Assembly (NCBI GenBank): GCA_963707955.1
Contig: OY970176.1
Location: 2,048,001 to 2,112,000 of the forward strand
Direction of reading: 5' to 3'
DNA: 64,000 nt
From: Candidatus Bathyarchaeota archaeon
GTDB lineage: Archaea > Thermoproteota > Bathyarchaeia > Bathyarchaeales > Bathycorpusculaceae
The position numbers and the translations under genes are program-made. How positions within the stretch are numbered: position 1 is the stretch's first letter; every line of letters begins with the position of its first letter. Below, piece by piece: positions 29,770 to 39,542 of this stretch. Below the pieces are notes generated by a model. It did not search any database. It saw only the letters and a program-made list of their open reading frames with translations, and was not told where the DNA came from.

Positions 29770-30186
29770 GACGACAGAATAATTAAGAAATATGTGAAAG
29801 ACTATGATGGATTGATTTCGGAACTAACGAACGCTCCTTTCGTGTGGCAACCTCAGTTCGAAATCGGAGAACAAGCCGTGGTTTTCTTGTTTGCGATGAT
29901 TTTCAAGTACCTGAAATTCAAGGATATCAGTATCGGACACTTGAAAGACCTAGAGAACAAATTAGATGCTACAGCACTATTAGAAGATGGTGAAGAATTG
30001 TGGGTGGATATCGAATTTGAGTCTCGGAGCAGTCATGCTAAGAACGACATAAGAAAGGTTAAGCCAGAAGAGTATTCGAAAACATTGATAGTATGCTGGG
30101 ATGACAATTGGAGAACTCGTCCTTCTGAAATAGATGTCTTTGACATAGAACCTTTGTGGAAAAAAGCCCAAGAGAAAGCAACTTAA
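29767..30186 (+). CDS. PD-(D/E)XK-like endonuclease
   Basis: E..V...F, LDATAL, DIEFESRS, IVCW. Confidence 0.6.
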   Translation: MDDRIIKKYVKDYDGLISELTNAPFVWQPQFEIGEQAVVFLFAMIFKYLKFKDISIGHLKDLENKLDATALLEDGEELWVDIEFESRSSHAKNDIRKVKPEEYSKTLIVCWDDNWRTRPSEIDVFDIEPLWKKAQEKAT

Positions 30187-30187
30187 T

Positions 30188-30228
30188 AGAGGCTCTAGTC
30201 AAGCTGAAAGAGGAATCAGAGCGGAAAA
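30188..30228 (+). repeat. repeat B, copy 1 (copy 2 at 30545-30585; partial copy at 31880-31895)
   Basis: AGAGGCTCTAGTCAAGCTGAA...GAGCGGAAAA. Confidence 0.8.
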
Positions 30229-30257
30229 AAGAGGGAAAAAGAGGCGATAACCGAAAC

Positions 30258-30494
30258 CTAGAGCAATGAACTGAAAAGCATTTCCGCCCTCATTTTATAG
30301 TAAGTTGCTTCTGTCAAAGCACCATTCTTGAGGGCGGTTTCCATAGCATTCAATTCTCTTCGAATAGCCCTTTCAATTTGGGCATTGAATTCTTTAGTCA
30401 TTCCACTAACCATATCATTTGTCTTTTTCTCAAGCTCTTGATTCAAGGTGAGGAACTTTGCAATAAGCGATTCTCTTGACACATTACCCCTCAT
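30258..30494 (-). CDS. hypothetical protein
   Basis: 78-aa helical ORF between repeat B copies; CTTTAAG box upstream. Confidence 0.45.
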   Translation of the reverse strand: MRGNVSRESLIAKFLTLNQELEKKTNDMVSGMTKEFNAQIERAIRRELNAMETALKNGALTEATYYKMRAEMLFSSLL

Positions 30495-30668
30495 GTTGCT
30501 GTTTGTAAGATGAGAACTTAAAGAATTTGCGGTTTCGGCATAGAAGAGGCTCTAGTCAAGCTGAAGGAAAGCCACGAGCGGAAAACTTCGAGTTAATCAA
30601 CTGATTAAAAAGGCGTTATTCCGAGCGTCTTCATATATCGAAGTTAATCAGGAAAGGAAAAATTGACC

Positions 30669-31238
30669 TTAGACGAGTGGAACGGTTTTTATTTCTCTTG
30701 GGTCAAAAGGTTCTGGGATAGTCGAATAGAGTCTCTTGTCAAAACTAAAGTTGTTGTTTGCTTCGTGAAATTGAGCAATGATAACATTTCCTCTTATCGC
30801 CCATCTATTGCTTATGAATCTCTCTGTTTCTGTTCCAATCCCTTGTGTTGAAATAAGCATTCCATATTTAGCATTGAAAATATCTGCATACAATTTCGCT
30901 CTCGAAATACTTTGAATGCTGATTTTTTCATCTTTAACTTCAATGGTAATAAGTTCCTTTTGATACTGAGTTTTTTCTATAAACCCCATGAGGTCTGGAG
31001 AGAACTTTTCGACTCTTATGATGTGCAATATTTCGTTATCGAGCACTTCTTTCAGTTCTTCAGGAAAATGTCCGTTTGCAGTTATCTCTGAATGGACTTT
31101 ACCCGTAAATTGTGGTCCTATCCTTTCTCTCTGAGAATTCAGATATTCTTTAAGCTCTCTCTCCAAAGCATTCTTGATAGGGAGATAAAGCCGTTCTTCC
31201 CTATTCTCTCTCTTTTTTACTAAATCCATAGTTATCAC
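30669..31238 (-). CDS. PD-(D/E)XK nuclease-family protein
   Basis: E..LY.PIK..L, SPDLMG, ITIEVK, S..RAKLY. Confidence 0.65.
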   Translation of the reverse strand: MITMDLVKKRENREERLYLPIKNALERELKEYLNSQRERIGPQFTGKVHSEITANGHFPEELKEVLDNEILHIIRVEKFSPDLMGFIEKTQYQKELITIEVKDEKISIQSISRAKLYADIFNAKYGMLISTQGIGTETERFISNRWAIRGNVIIAQFHEANNNFSFDKRLYSTIPEPFDPREIKTVPLV

Positions 31239-31309
31239 TATCCAATGATGTCAAATAAAAAGCTTTTATCCGAGTGGATAGCAAACGAAAACAAACTAGG
31301 GGTTCAAAA

Positions 31310-31861
31310 ATGAGTGAAGAGGACAGAAAAAGGCTTGACGACCTGTTCAATGTTGCTCTTGTGCTAATAACCGTATTAGGAGCGGCAGAATTCGGATTCG
31401 TTGCAGTCGTCTCGAACGACATAAGCACAACAAAGTATTTCTTCTGGATTTTCACGTATCCCATCGTTACACTTATCATGGCATGGATGTTGAAAGAATT
31501 CATTTCTGTTCATGTAGAAGTGCTTCAAGATACCTCTCACGTGCGAACTGCAAAATTAGTGGGTTGGTTTTACGGAGATGGAACTATACTTCTCACGGAA
31601 TTTTGCTGGTATTTTTGGGCGATTATACTCTATTATTTCCTAAATTTCTTTTTGGCTTTTGTGACGGGTAGTATTAATTGGCTCCTTGTAGGCTTGACAT
31701 TAATCGTTTGGGGGTGTCTAGTTTTCGAAATAAAATTTGCTTATGTGAGAGCACTTGAGAGAAGTCTTTATTCTAAACGCAAATCGTGGGGATATTTTAT
31801 AGTTCTATTATCTCTTTCAATGTCCATAATGTTTCTTTTCACGCGAATGCATTTCGCATAG
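31310..31861 (+). CDS. multi-pass membrane protein
   Basis: About 5 hydrophobic segments; low GC. Confidence 0.6.
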   Translation: MSEEDRKRLDDLFNVALVLITVLGAAEFGFVAVVSNDISTTKYFFWIFTYPIVTLIMAWMLKEFISVHVEVLQDTSHVRTAKLVGWFYGDGTILLTEFCWYFWAIILYYFLNFFLAFVTGSINWLLVGLTLIVWGCLVFEIKFAYVRALERSLYSKRKSWGYFIVLLSLSMSIMFLFTRMHFA

Positions 31862-31947
31862 CGGTCATGCTGAGTGATGAAGCTGAAAGAGGAATATGAG
31901 AAATCTTAAATCTGCACGGCAACAGAAGTCAAACTAGAGGTTCAAGA

Positions 31948-32331
31948 ATGCGTGGAAAAAAATTGGTAGATGTCTGTGTTGTGCATGATATTTGTACTGA
32001 CTATAATCCTGAATGGGCGAAGCTGATGCAGGAAGCTGTGTGGAAACAATTGAAAGGAAAAGAACAACTAGACGTGAGTTTACAAATAAGGTTAGAATTC
32101 TTCTTAACGAAAAGTCGTTATGAAGGTAAAATGGACGTAGACAACATGATAAAAACCGTTATTGACAGCCTTAATGCTAATGAACACGATGATAGAACAG
32201 AATATCCGATTTATGACGATTGTTGGATAGAGAACATTGAGGCAACGAAAATCCCCACAGAAGAACCCGATTTTCGAAAAGAGAAAACCCATATCGAAAT
32301 ATGGGAATGGAGTGAAGCAAAGATAAACTAG
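31948..32331 (+). CDS. rusA: RusA-family Holliday junction resolvase
   Basis: DVDNMIKTVIDSL...IYDDCWI. Confidence 0.75.
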   Translation: MRGKKLVDVCVVHDICTDYNPEWAKLMQEAVWKQLKGKEQLDVSLQIRLEFFLTKSRYEGKMDVDNMIKTVIDSLNANEHDDRTEYPIYDDCWIENIEATKIPTEEPDFRKEKTHIEIWEWSEAKIN

Positions 32332-32417
32332 GGATTAAAGCCGCGCGCATAAGAGAGTAAACAGATGTCCTTTTCATTATCACACTTTCTATTGCACCTC
32401 TCGCGCGTTTTCGCAGG

Positions 32418-33398
32418 TCATTTTGACAGGTCATAGGATTGTTTTATCAGTTCCATGGCATAGTCTAATTGGTCTTTGATGGTCATCTTGAACTCTCTTT
32501 CTCCTGCTTTGAAGAACCAGTGATATTCTTTGTCTCCGGTCCATTTCTTGGGATCTCTGAATGCTGCTGGGTCAGTTCTTATTCTGACTTTCAGGGCAGG
32601 TTTTGTGAGAAACAGGCCTGTGAAGGCTAATTTTCTGCCAGATATTTCCTTGTAGAAAAGGTAATCGGGCCCGCTTGGCCTGTGGGATACATTCCCAAGC
32701 TGCGTTATTCTATTTGTCAAAGCCTTGGCGATTTCTCTCACGTTTTCGTCGACCGAAGCGAGCTTTTCCTCCCAGTTTGGATGCTCAGGTGGCGGTAGAG
32801 GAGGCTTGGAAAGTGGATCAAACAAGTATGCGTGAACGGTTTCGGCATTTTCTCTCACGTAGGTTTTGAATTCAATTATATGGGTTGGATATTTTAGGAC
32901 TCGACATGCCTCTTGTACTTCTGGAGTTCTCTGGTCTATTATGATCACTATTCTCGGGGGAGTGGAAAGTAGCTTTGATAAAAAGTAGTGGATATCATCT
33001 AAGTCGGTTAGTTTTTTCACGGTGGCTTTCATCACGCCGTCCTTGTCTATTTTTTCGTATAACATTTCGAGAATCTGACTTCTGGCGTTTTGATTTTCGA
33101 TGCCGTTGATGAATTTCGTGAGTTGTTTCACGACATGATCGTATACTGGATGAGAGGCAAGTTCATTCTCTACGACGTACCATTCAGGAGGCTTTGACAG
33201 GTTGATGACGTACGCGTCCGGAATGGAACCGATTCCCGAAGCTGTTTTAAGGACGTGTTTGACGTCAAAGTACAGGGAGTTTTCGCCGAATATTTCTTTT
33301 GAGTGCTCCCTCACGATGGGATGAAACTCTTTCTCTTCGTCCTTGGGCGTCCACATGTTAAACTTGACCCCATCCATTATGATCATACGAATCAGCAA
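32418..33398 (-). CDS. PD-(D/E)XK nuclease plus DUF5655-like C-terminal domain
   Basis: E.EF, IPDAY, VVENEL..H; C-terminal DQLDYAMELIKQSY. Confidence 0.65.
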   Translation of the reverse strand: MLIRMIIMDGVKFNMWTPKDEEKEFHPIVREHSKEIFGENSLYFDVKHVLKTASGIGSIPDAYVINLSKPPEWYVVENELASHPVYDHVVKQLTKFINGIENQNARSQILEMLYEKIDKDGVMKATVKKLTDLDDIHYFLSKLLSTPPRIVIIIDQRTPEVQEACRVLKYPTHIIEFKTYVRENAETVHAYLFDPLSKPPLPPPEHPNWEEKLASVDENVREIAKALTNRITQLGNVSHRPSGPDYLFYKEISGRKLAFTGLFLTKPALKVRIRTDPAAFRDPKKWTGDKEYHWFFKAGEREFKMTIKDQLDYAMELIKQSYDLSK

Positions 33399-33465
33399 GA
33401 ATGTTATAACTGTGAAAAGTATTTAACACTTGAACTTTCGATTATTTCTAAGAGGCAGGGCTTCT

Positions 33466-33546
33466 ATGACTGAGGCTGATACTTGTCTTAAGTATGCGGT
33501 TCTTAAACTACATAGTGCTGGTTGCTCTGCTGATCAGATGATAGCA
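33466..33546 (+). pseudogene. hsdR: 5' remnant of a type I restriction subunit R
   Basis: MTEADTCLKYAVLKLHSAG resembles the HsdR N-terminus (M.EADTCRK.V.PKL..AGW); breaks at a CGCGCGC run. Confidence 0.55.
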
Positions 33547-33637
33547 CGCGCGCCAATTAGGAATAATAGTCTGCCTAATTCTTATATTCGAAGCGACAGA
33601 TATCCTCTTTAGCTGATTTGTCAAGAGAGAAGAATAG

Positions 33638-36232
33638 ATGCGAGAGGAGACTGCTATCGTCGGCGATTCAGATTTCTCAATGGATAAGAAGGGATACAAA
33701 GAACCTGAAAAAGCAGCGGCAACATTACTGAACGGTTTGTCCAAACTGATTGCAGTTCCAGAAGAAGGCACAACTTACAGCACACATGGAATACATCCTT
33801 ATGCTGCCAAGTTCATACCCCAAGTGCCTGCCAAGATAATTGAAGAGTGCGTCAATGAAAGACATACTGTTCTTGACCCCTTTTGTGGTTCAGGGACGAC
33901 ATTGTTGGAAGCATACATCAGAGGTATTCGTTCCATCGGTTTCGATGTCAACCCAATTGCAGTCATGGTAAGCAGAGTTAAGACGACAAAACTTTCGAAA
34001 GAAGATTGGGATAGCATTGAGTCGGCGGTTCTGAGCATACAGGCAAAACTCAAAGCTAAGGATTACTCAGAGAACTGGATCCCGAGAATTCCAAAGATTG
34101 ATCATTGGTTCCACAACAACATCTCTATGGATTTGGGATTAATTGCTGGCGAGCTGAAAAAAATTGACAACGTTAAGGCACGGAATTTTCTTGAAGTTGT
34201 GTTCTCATCTATAATAGTTTCTGTATCGAACCAAGAGAGCGAAACGAGATTTGCAGCCATAGACAAAAATCTCGGATCCGACATAGTGCAGACTTTGTTC
34301 TTGCGCAAAGTCAAGAGTATGTCAAAGAAACTTAAAGAACTCTCCTCTCAGTTGGAGAACAAACGGGTTGAGAGCAAAGTTTTTCTTGCAGATACAAGAA
34401 CGATGACGAAATACATCCCTCTGCGCTCAATAGACCTGGTAGTGACTTCTCCACCCTACCTCAACAGCTACGATTACTACCTGTATCACAAGTTCAGGAT
34501 ATATTGGCTGGGTTTTGACAAGGAAGTGACTAATGTCGAAAATGTGAAACACCTAGAACTTGGTTCACGTTTTCACTATTCAGGCACGAATGGCAGGTCC
34601 GTTGACGAGTTTCGACACGAGATGAAGGAGTGCTTCTCTGAGATAGCAAAAGTAACTAAACTGGGGAAGCTAATCTTCGTCCTAGTAGGTGATTCGATAG
34701 TCCGTAAGAAATTCATTGAGATGGACAAGTTTTACGAGGAAATCTGCAAAGAAATTGGCTTGCCTCTTGTAGCTAAGACATCTTATCTCCTTCGAGACAT
34801 AACTCGATCATTCAAGTCACAAAATGCAGCTCTGAAGAACTCCTTTATCAAGCGTCAGCACATCTTGGTATTTCAGAATTTGCATCATCTTCCCAAGCCG
34901 GAGATCAAAACACAAGGTGTGGCGGTTTCTGAGAAGCAGGTGTCCTTTCCAACAGCAAACCTGGTTGTAAAGGAAATACCTAAAGTAGTTATGAATGGAA
35001 CGACCCTTAGGATTGACAATAATAATGTGGCGAGTTACACCCATGGCATGATTAAGTATCCGTCGAAGTTCATACCCGACATTCCACGCTGGGCCATCAT
35101 AAACTACTCAAGTGATGGAGATCGCATTCTAGACCCTTTTGTTGGTTGCGGTACAACGATGGTTGAGTCTCGCTTGCTCGGACGAAACAGCATAGGACTC
35201 GACATAAATCCTTTGGCCGTCCTAGCATCTAACGTTAAAGCGAATCCGCTGTCTGGAGACTCACTGGAGAGAGAATTGGAGAGAATTCTCGTAAGAATTA
35301 GAGAAATTCAGTTTACCGACCTTCCCGAGTTTCCGTTACGTGATTTTTGGTTTGACCGCAGAATATTGGAAAAATTATGTAAAATCCGCGCTGCGATTTT
35401 TGAACAAAACGACCTTGATCTCCAGGGTTTTTTCCTTCTAGTACTAGGCAGCATAGTGAAACCATGCTCTTTTTGGGATGAGTCGCAGATCAAAATAGAA
35501 CGTGATCAGAAAAAACTGCTTCAAGGCGTACCAGATCCAGAGGATTTGTTCACAAGAAAATCAATTTCTGCAATTAGGGGAATGAAGAGATTCGCCGCTG
35601 TCGCTTCTCCAAAGACTTACGCGCAGTCGTTTGTTTGCGATTCCACAAAGATTCCGAAAAGTGCCGTCAGATATGACCAGACATATCTACTTAATGAATT
35701 TGATTTGGTTGTAACGTCTCCCCCCTACATTAACGCAATAAACTACTCTATGTTCACGAGGTTTGAGTTATTCCTTTTGAACTTGGTTAACCCTAATTCG
35801 TACATCACCCATCAAAGAGACTACATTGGCACCGAAAGAGTCTATTCCTGCGAATACGAGCGGATAGAGGATTTTGCTTTAGGACGAAGGTCATTTGATG
35901 ATCTCAACCAAAGGATCAGCAAGATTTGCAAATTAGAACCGAAGCGTGCATACATAACGAGAAGATATCTTGATCTTATGGCAAAATCAATGGAAGAGAT
36001 TCATCGCGTGCTTAGACCCGATGGAAAGTTCGTGTTTGTCGTAGGATCAAACACTATAAAAGGTGTTGAAATTCCGACTTTTGATATACTTAGACAATGT
36101 GCCGAGGAAATTGGATTCCACACTGTCAACGTTTTCTCCTACCAAATTCAAAGGCACAGATTCAAGATTACACGGCACGTGACAGGGAGGAAAATTAACA
36201 TTGACAATATAATAGTCATGGAGAGAGAATGA
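33638..36232 (+). CDS. fused double DNA amino-methyltransferase (two m4C-type SPPY domains)
   Basis: Two copies of H...Y..KF.P / DPFxGxGTT / VTSPPY. Confidence 0.9.
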   Translation: MREETAIVGDSDFSMDKKGYKEPEKAAATLLNGLSKLIAVPEEGTTYSTHGIHPYAAKFIPQVPAKIIEECVNERHTVLDPFCGSGTTLLEAYIRGIRSIGFDVNPIAVMVSRVKTTKLSKEDWDSIESAVLSIQAKLKAKDYSENWIPRIPKIDHWFHNNISMDLGLIAGELKKIDNVKARNFLEVVFSSIIVSVSNQESETRFAAIDKNLGSDIVQTLFLRKVKSMSKKLKELSSQLENKRVESKVFLADTRTMTKYIPLRSIDLVVTSPPYLNSYDYYLYHKFRIYWLGFDKEVTNVENVKHLELGSRFHYSGTNGRSVDEFRHEMKECFSEIAKVTKLGKLIFVLVGDSIVRKKFIEMDKFYEEICKEIGLPLVAKTSYLLRDITRSFKSQNAALKNSFIKRQHILVFQNLHHLPKPEIKTQGVAVSEKQVSFPTANLVVKEIPKVVMNGTTLRIDNNNVASYTHGMIKYPSKFIPDIPRWAIINYSSDGDRILDPFVGCGTTMVESRLLGRNSIGLDINPLAVLASNVKANPLSGDSLERELERILVRIREIQFTDLPEFPLRDFWFDRRILEKLCKIRAAIFEQNDLDLQGFFLLVLGSIVKPCSFWDESQIKIERDQKKLLQGVPDPEDLFTRKSISAIRGMKRFAAVASPKTYAQSFVCDSTKIPKSAVRYDQTYLLNEFDLVVTSPPYINAINYSMFTRFELFLLNLVNPNSYITHQRDYIGTERVYSCEYERIEDFALGRRSFDDLNQRISKICKLEPKRAYITRRYLDLMAKSMEEIHRVLRPDGKFVFVVGSNTIKGVEIPTFDILRQCAEEIGFHTVNVFSYQIQRHRFKITRHVTGRKINIDNIIVMERE

Positions 36233-37446
36233 TGGCTCACCCTTTGAGATGGACACTCTTCTACCACAGAGAAACGAGCAGACCACTTGCGGAATTCCTG
36301 AGGGATAATACAAAACTGAAGCAGTACGGCGACGACGTCGTCATTCATGCATTGCCCAATACTAATTCCAATCCTCAATTTGGATTGCTGCCCTATGGTG
36401 TCCGAAGACTACTCTTTTTCGGACATCCTGATGTTATACTGAGCTATTACGATGGAATTCAGCCAGAGAGAGCGGTCTTTGCTTGGGAAATCACCGACGC
36501 AAAACCTGCGACAGATCATTGGATGCAGAGGTTTACGAGTTTAGTAGGTGCATGCGAAACTGGAGTTCCGAGCGTGTTCATTCTAAGATTTGAAACGATC
36601 ACTGATGCTTGGTCATCCAAAATCAAATCCGAGTTCTTCTACGCCTACAACAGAGTCATGGATATTCACCGGATCCCTATCTATATTGCGAATTGGCAGT
36701 CGGATTCAGCAGGCAGACTCCAAGAAGATCCCCAGTATCCAGGAATTCCAGATAGAAGAAGTACTCCAATGGTAGATTCGATTGCTTTTTTTGAGATGGT
36801 TATGGAATATACTGTTCATGGAAGAGACTTTAGGAATTTGCCTCAAGAACGGCTTATCGTAGAACTAAGGGATAAGCTAGTAGTCCAGATTTCTCAAATA
36901 CCAAAGCCTTCAGATTATGAAAGGTTGTGTGTGGCAGATAGGAATGGAATCGTGGACACATCGTCAGCATTGGATTACATCAAGGGAAAAGTGAAACGAG
37001 AATTACCAGAAATTCCGGAGAGAATCAAGAATCGCAGAAAGAGTCTTGTGTTTGTTCCGCGCCCTCAGATTCTCTCGAGAAGGCGCAGGAATCCCAAAGA
37101 AAGTCTGCTTGGCAGAATCCAAAAAAGAAATGGTAATCCCTACAATGGAATGCCACTTGCTTTTGATTTCATGTTTTGTCGGCTGGGAATCACGCCCCGC
37201 GAAAGAGACGTAAACCTTATCATAGATCTAAGCGAATTGTCGTTTGCGGACTTTGCAAGCTTTCACAAGAGCATACATGATGCAAGTCCTTTGGGCAGTA
37301 TTTCGCAACCTTCCCGGCGCATTCTTCCCAAGTATTCTTTGCATCTGACACAAGGTTATTCGCACGAGTTGAAAGACTTTATACGTCAGTATTGCTACGC
37401 CGCTGACATCTTAGTCTTTAAGGATTTTGTGGTGCCATTTTATTGA
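36229..37446 (+). CDS. putative restriction endonuclease (large subunit)
   Basis: Overlaps the MTase stop; GHPDVIL...WEITDAK...QRF. Confidence 0.6.
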   Translation: MMAHPLRWTLFYHRETSRPLAEFLRDNTKLKQYGDDVVIHALPNTNSNPQFGLLPYGVRRLLFFGHPDVILSYYDGIQPERAVFAWEITDAKPATDHWMQRFTSLVGACETGVPSVFILRFETITDAWSSKIKSEFFYAYNRVMDIHRIPIYIANWQSDSAGRLQEDPQYPGIPDRRSTPMVDSIAFFEMVMEYTVHGRDFRNLPQERLIVELRDKLVVQISQIPKPSDYERLCVADRNGIVDTSSALDYIKGKVKRELPEIPERIKNRRKSLVFVPRPQILSRRRRNPKESLLGRIQKRNGNPYNGMPLAFDFMFCRLGITPRERDVNLIIDLSELSFADFASFHKSIHDASPLGSISQPSRRILPKYSLHLTQGYSHELKDFIRQYCYAADILVFKDFVVPFY

Positions 37447-37958
37447 ATGTGAGGAGAATAACCGAAGGCGAAGTGCAATGCCTTATTCGCCGTTTTCTCT
37501 TGGAGAATGGCTTTGGGCTCTATACAAAGACTATCAAAGGAGAACCTCTTCACTACAGAATTGCTTTTACGAATCCGCCGAGATTCAAAAGACCTGATCA
37601 CGTCGCAATCAGAAGGAATGCTGTTTTGATTTTTGAAGACAAAGTCAAATATGCCGATTTGTTCAGAGGCAAATGCTCTGATTTGGAAAAGATATCGTCT
37701 TTCTTGAATAACGTGCAGGCCATGAGTGAGTTCAGGAAGCTTCTTGGAAATGTTGAGCCGCCTCCTAGGGATCCGTTGATTGTAGGAGCACTTGCCTCTT
37801 TCCTACCCAACAAATCTAGTCGCACGATTCCCGAAAGTTACGTATACTTGGGCATCAAAGAAGGCGTAGACGGCTTTCTCGTAGAACTATGTCAAGATGC
37901 CAGTCTCAAAAGGCTTTTCGAGCGTAGCTTATGCAAAATTAGCTTTTCTGAAGTTTAA
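37443..37958 (+). CDS. small PD-(D/E)XK nuclease (putative second REase subunit)
   Basis: TEGEVQ, RPDHVA, FEDK; overlaps the previous stop. Confidence 0.6.
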   Translation: MNVRRITEGEVQCLIRRFLLENGFGLYTKTIKGEPLHYRIAFTNPPRFKRPDHVAIRRNAVLIFEDKVKYADLFRGKCSDLEKISSFLNNVQAMSEFRKLLGNVEPPPRDPLIVGALASFLPNKSSRTIPESYVYLGIKEGVDGFLVELCQDASLKRLFERSLCKISFSEV

Positions 37959-38366
37959 TACGCATTGTCAAGACAATTCTTGCCTCAAAAAATCGACATG
38001 GCAGCTCAATTTTGCATGAGCACCATCAGAGAATATAAGCGTCTTCAAGGCAAATCCCGCGCGCGCTGACACTCACGCCAATAACTCTCAGCCTTTTAGC
38101 CCTGACCGTGGCATTCGCAGCCGCAGGAATCTTTCGCCAACAACGAGCCACAATCAGATCCCAGTTGGAGAACGAATCCGATAACTAACAATTCGCAACA
38201 TCAGAGAAACCCAGCGTGTGTTGGAGACCATACTGCCCTATGGAAAAGACGGGCGGTCTTCAATACCTCACGCGTCAATATGGATGATTGAGCTTACGTA
38301 GACCCAAGAGCGCGCGCAGTCGCTCACACCATGACCACCTCAACGTGACGCACCGCCAAGACCGGT

Positions 38367-38954
38367 TCACGTTTTAGCCTTTTCATTGCTCTTGAGTTCT
38401 TCTCGGATTTGACGTATCTTCTTCAAAAATTCTTGCGATTGTTCTTCTGTATAGTCATGGTCCGCAAACTGTTTCTTGATCTCTCCGATTCTTTCTGACA
38501 TAGTAGCCGCTGCAGGCTTGAGAGGCGGCTCTTCCTTGGCCACTGGCTTCTCTTTCACCCTTGATTTACTCTCGCCTCTCTTGCGAGCCTGTTCAAGCCG
38601 CCTAATCATAAGAGCCTCTTGGATCTCTTTGCGCAGCTGCGGGTCTGCAACCTCTTTCAAAGCCTGCAACAACATCGATTCTACAGAAGCATCATTCTCA
38701 TCCGTAACACGGATCCAATGCTTCTCGTTCGTGTACCAGTTGAGCAGCACGCGGGCATGGGCTTCAACACCTTCGGACCTTGCCTTTGCCATGCCTTGTA
38801 TCATGTTCAAAACGGTCAATGCTGAACCGTTCCGCAGGATAACCCTAAGATACTCTTCTATTGGCTCAGATGGCCGCAGCTTTTCATGGCTGCAAAGATC
38901 TCGGTAAGCTTCCCATACCTGAGCATCGATCCACATGCCTGTCTGCTTCTTCAA
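38367..38954 (-). CDS. RHH-like DNA-binding protein at the right end of the element
   Basis: KKQTGMWIDAQVWEAYRDLC...RPSEPIEEYL. Confidence 0.6.
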   Translation of the reverse strand: MKKQTGMWIDAQVWEAYRDLCSHEKLRPSEPIEEYLRVILRNGSALTVLNMIQGMAKARSEGVEAHARVLLNWYTNEKHWIRVTDENDASVESMLLQALKEVADPQLRKEIQEALMIRRLEQARKRGESKSRVKEKPVAKEEPPLKPAAATMSERIGEIKKQFADHDYTEEQSQEFLKKIRQIREELKSNEKAKT

Positions 38955-38989
38955 GGCTTGTTACCACACAACATTACCATAGACGTTAC
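38917..38989. repeat. 73-bp inverted repeat with 53127-53199 (and 59111-59183)
   Basis: 68/73 identity; contains TGGTAA/GTAAC sub-repeats and the RHH gene start. Confidence 0.85.
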
Positions 38990-39239
38990 TTAAAAAGAGG
39001 GGGGGGGGCGGGCGCGCGGTAGCACAGACTCGCACTCAGGCGCTAACGTTTTGGGATCACAAGCCGTATGAGTATCTGCTCAAGAGAGCAAGTAGATGTA
39101 TCTCCTAGTGGACGTTCCGAAAACCTTGAACGCCTCTTCGCAGGCTCCGGAATTTGCGTGCCTGTTCTCTGATGAAGTTTCTGCAAAGAGCATGCCTAAA
39201 TACTTCAGGCCTTAGATGAGAGTCGGGGGTGAGCGATGC

Positions 39240-39389
39240 ATGGCTAAGGATCCTGTTTGCGGGATGATGGTGGACGAGAAAACTGCGAAGTTTAAGTCGC
39301 AGCACAGGGGCAAGACCTACTACTTCTGTGCTCAGGCTTGCAAGACAGCGTTCGACGAGAACCCATCAAGATACGTCATTGGACAATAG
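39240..39389 (+). CDS. YHS-domain (metal-binding) protein
   Basis: MAKDPVCGMMVD...GKTYYFCAQACKTAFDENPSRY; not in the ORF track. Confidence 0.88.
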   Translation: MAKDPVCGMMVDEKTAKFKSQHRGKTYYFCAQACKTAFDENPSRYVIGQ

Positions 39390-39542
39390 AGTCAAGAGCT
39401 GTGGCTTGCTCGGCTGCGAAGTTCACCCCAGCCTCTATCACGCGCGCGTTGCGCAAGCGTGCGGTGGGTTCCCAAGATCTGGAGAACTGCGTCCCTTTCT
39501 TTCATCCGCTCGGCCTCTTCCTGAGCCTTCACCATACAATGT

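Noticed and set aside
29718-31950. Possible CRISPR array from repeats A and B
   Set aside because: Spacing is gene-sized and irregular, and no cas genes are present
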